The position numbers and the translations under genes were made by a program. DNA of 59,306 nucleotides from Eubacteriales bacterium (lineage in GTDB: Bacteria; Bacillota; Clostridia; Monoglobales; UMGS1388), in NCBI GenBank assembly GCA_029004515.1, contig JAQVYH010000002.1:1-59306 (forward strand). Direction: 5' to 3'. Of the stretch, positions 58,146 through 59,306 are shown piece after piece. The notes beneath the pieces are model-generated. The model was not told the DNA's origin. It ran no database searches and saw nothing but the letters and a program-made list of their open reading frames with translations. The number at the start of each line of letters is the position of its first letter. Position 1 is the first letter of the stretch.

Positions 58146-59306
58146 ATGGGAATTTATGAAGAACTTCAAGCAAGAGGCTTGATTGCACAGGTTACAAATG
58201 AACCGGAGATAAGAGAACTTATAAATAATGGTGGTGCGAAATTTTATATTGGCTTTGACCCGACTGCTGATTCACTTCATGTAGGTCACTTTATGGCGCT
58301 TTGCCTTATGAAAAGACTCCAGATGGCAGGCAACAAGCCTGTTGTGCTTATAGGTGGCGGTACAGGTTATGTAGGAGACCCATCAGGCAGATCAGATATG
58401 CGTTCGATGATGACTCCTGAAATAATCCAGCATAACTGCGATTGTTTTAAGAAGCAAATGGAAAAGTTTATTGAATTTGGTGAGGACAAGGCCATCATGG
58501 TTAATAATGCTGATTGGCTCCTTGAACTTAAGTATATTGAGCTTTTAAGAGATGTAGGTTCTTGCTTCTCTGTTAATAATATGCTTCGTGCAGAATGCTA
58601 TAAGCAGAGAATGGAAAAGGGTCTTTCGTTCCTTGAATTCAACTATATGATTATGCAGTCTTATGACTTCTATTACCTTAGTGAAAACTATGGCTGTAAT
58701 ATGCAGTTTGGTGGCGATGACCAGTGGAGTAATATGCTATTTGGTGCTGACCTTATCCGTCGTAAGACTGGCAAAGATGCATATGCAATGACAATCACCC
58801 TTCTTATGAACAGTGAGGGAAAGAAGATGGGTAAAACTGCCAATGGTGCAGTTTGGCTTGACCCTAACAAGACAACTCCATTTGAATTCTATCAGTATTG
58901 GCGCAACGTTGATGACAGAGATGTTATCAAGGTTATCAAGATGCTTACATTTATTCCTCTTGAGGAAGTTGCCGAGATGGAAAAGTGGGAAGGTAGCCAG
59001 CTTAACGAAGCAAAGAGAATCCTTGCTTATCAGCTTACAAAGATGGTTCATGGCGAAGAAGAAGCAAATAAGGCAAACGAAGCTGCCCTTGCACTTTTCA
59101 CACAGGGCGCATCAAGTGAGAATATGCCTTCAACAGAGATTCCTGCTGCAGAATTTGAGCAGGGTATCAATGTTAAGGACCTCCTTATGAAAACAGCCCT
59201 TGTTCCATCAAAGGGAGAAGGCAGAAGACTTATTCAGCAGGGCGGTCTTGTAATCAATGATGAAAAGGTTACAGACATCGCAAAAATGCTTACAACAGAT
59301 GATTTT
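58146..59306 (+). CDS. tyrS: Tyrosine--tRNA ligase (3' end outside the window)
   Basis: [22 protein letters not shown] (HIGH motif) and KMGKT (KMSKS-type). Open to the window edge. Confidence 0.95.
   Translation, partial: MGIYEELQARGLIAQVTNEPEIRELINNGGAKFYIGFDPTADSLHVGHFMALCLMKRLQMAGNKPVVLIGGGTGYVGDPSGRSDMRSMMTPEIIQHNCDCFKKQMEKFIEFGEDKAIMVNNADWLLELKYIELLRDVGSCFSVNNMLRAECYKQRMEKGLSFLEFNYMIMQSYDFYYLSENYGCNMQFGGDDQWSNMLFGADLIRRKTGKDAYAMTITLLMNSEGKKMGKTANGAVWLDPNKTTPFEFYQYWRNVDDRDVIKVIKMLTFIPLEEVAEMEKWEGSQLNEAKRILAYQLTKMVHGEEEANKANEAALALFTQGASSENMPSTEIPAAEFEQGINVKDLLMKTALVPSKGEGRRLIQQGGLVINDEKVTDIAKMLTTDDF

Overview
This 59.3-kb window is a chromosomal segment of a low-GC Firmicute. The gene set looks Clostridia-like (spoVT, an SLH-domain autolysin, rubrerythrin, ECF vitamin transporters, a long Bacillus-type SRP RNA); this taxonomic call is an inference. 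Coding content is almost entirely core housekeeping. It includes the fused conserved clusters yybS-gdpP-rplI-dnaB and tilS-hpt-ftsH, plus rsmA, rpsT, uxaC, rqcH, nth and folT-folC. It also includes a dnaD-like/dnaI-like pair, ffs-dnaX-ybaB-recR, hflX-yigZ-tsaE-tsaB-comEB, murA, wecB, ald, a two-gene mannoside hydrolase pair and tyrS. Recognisable RNA elements are a long SRP RNA, a THF riboswitch upstream of folT-folC, and a T-box leader with a UAC (Tyr) specifier upstream of a sodium:solute symporter. I see no transposase, integrase, reverse transcriptase, CRISPR array, cas gene or recognisable defence or toxin gene. The most unusual signal is non-coding. A ~240-bp hairpin-rich interspersed element (family A) occurs five times in 25 kb. 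Four of the five copies are bracketed by a copy-specific duplication of a whole palindromic hairpin (21-36 bp). That footprint does not match any bacterial mobile-element class I can name. Two further hairpin-chain repeat types (family B, two copies; family C, one copy with 11-bp terminal inverted repeats) also sit at gene 3' ends. Smaller oddities are a single in-frame TGA splitting a ComEC-type MBL lipoprotein gene, a 19-nt motif shared by two unrelated 3' UTRs, tyrS without a T-box next to a Tyr-T-box transporter, a 15-bp tandem repeat encoding the FtsH tail, and a histidine kinase with no adjacent response regulator. All product calls come from reading the translated ORFs and motifs by eye; no searches were run.
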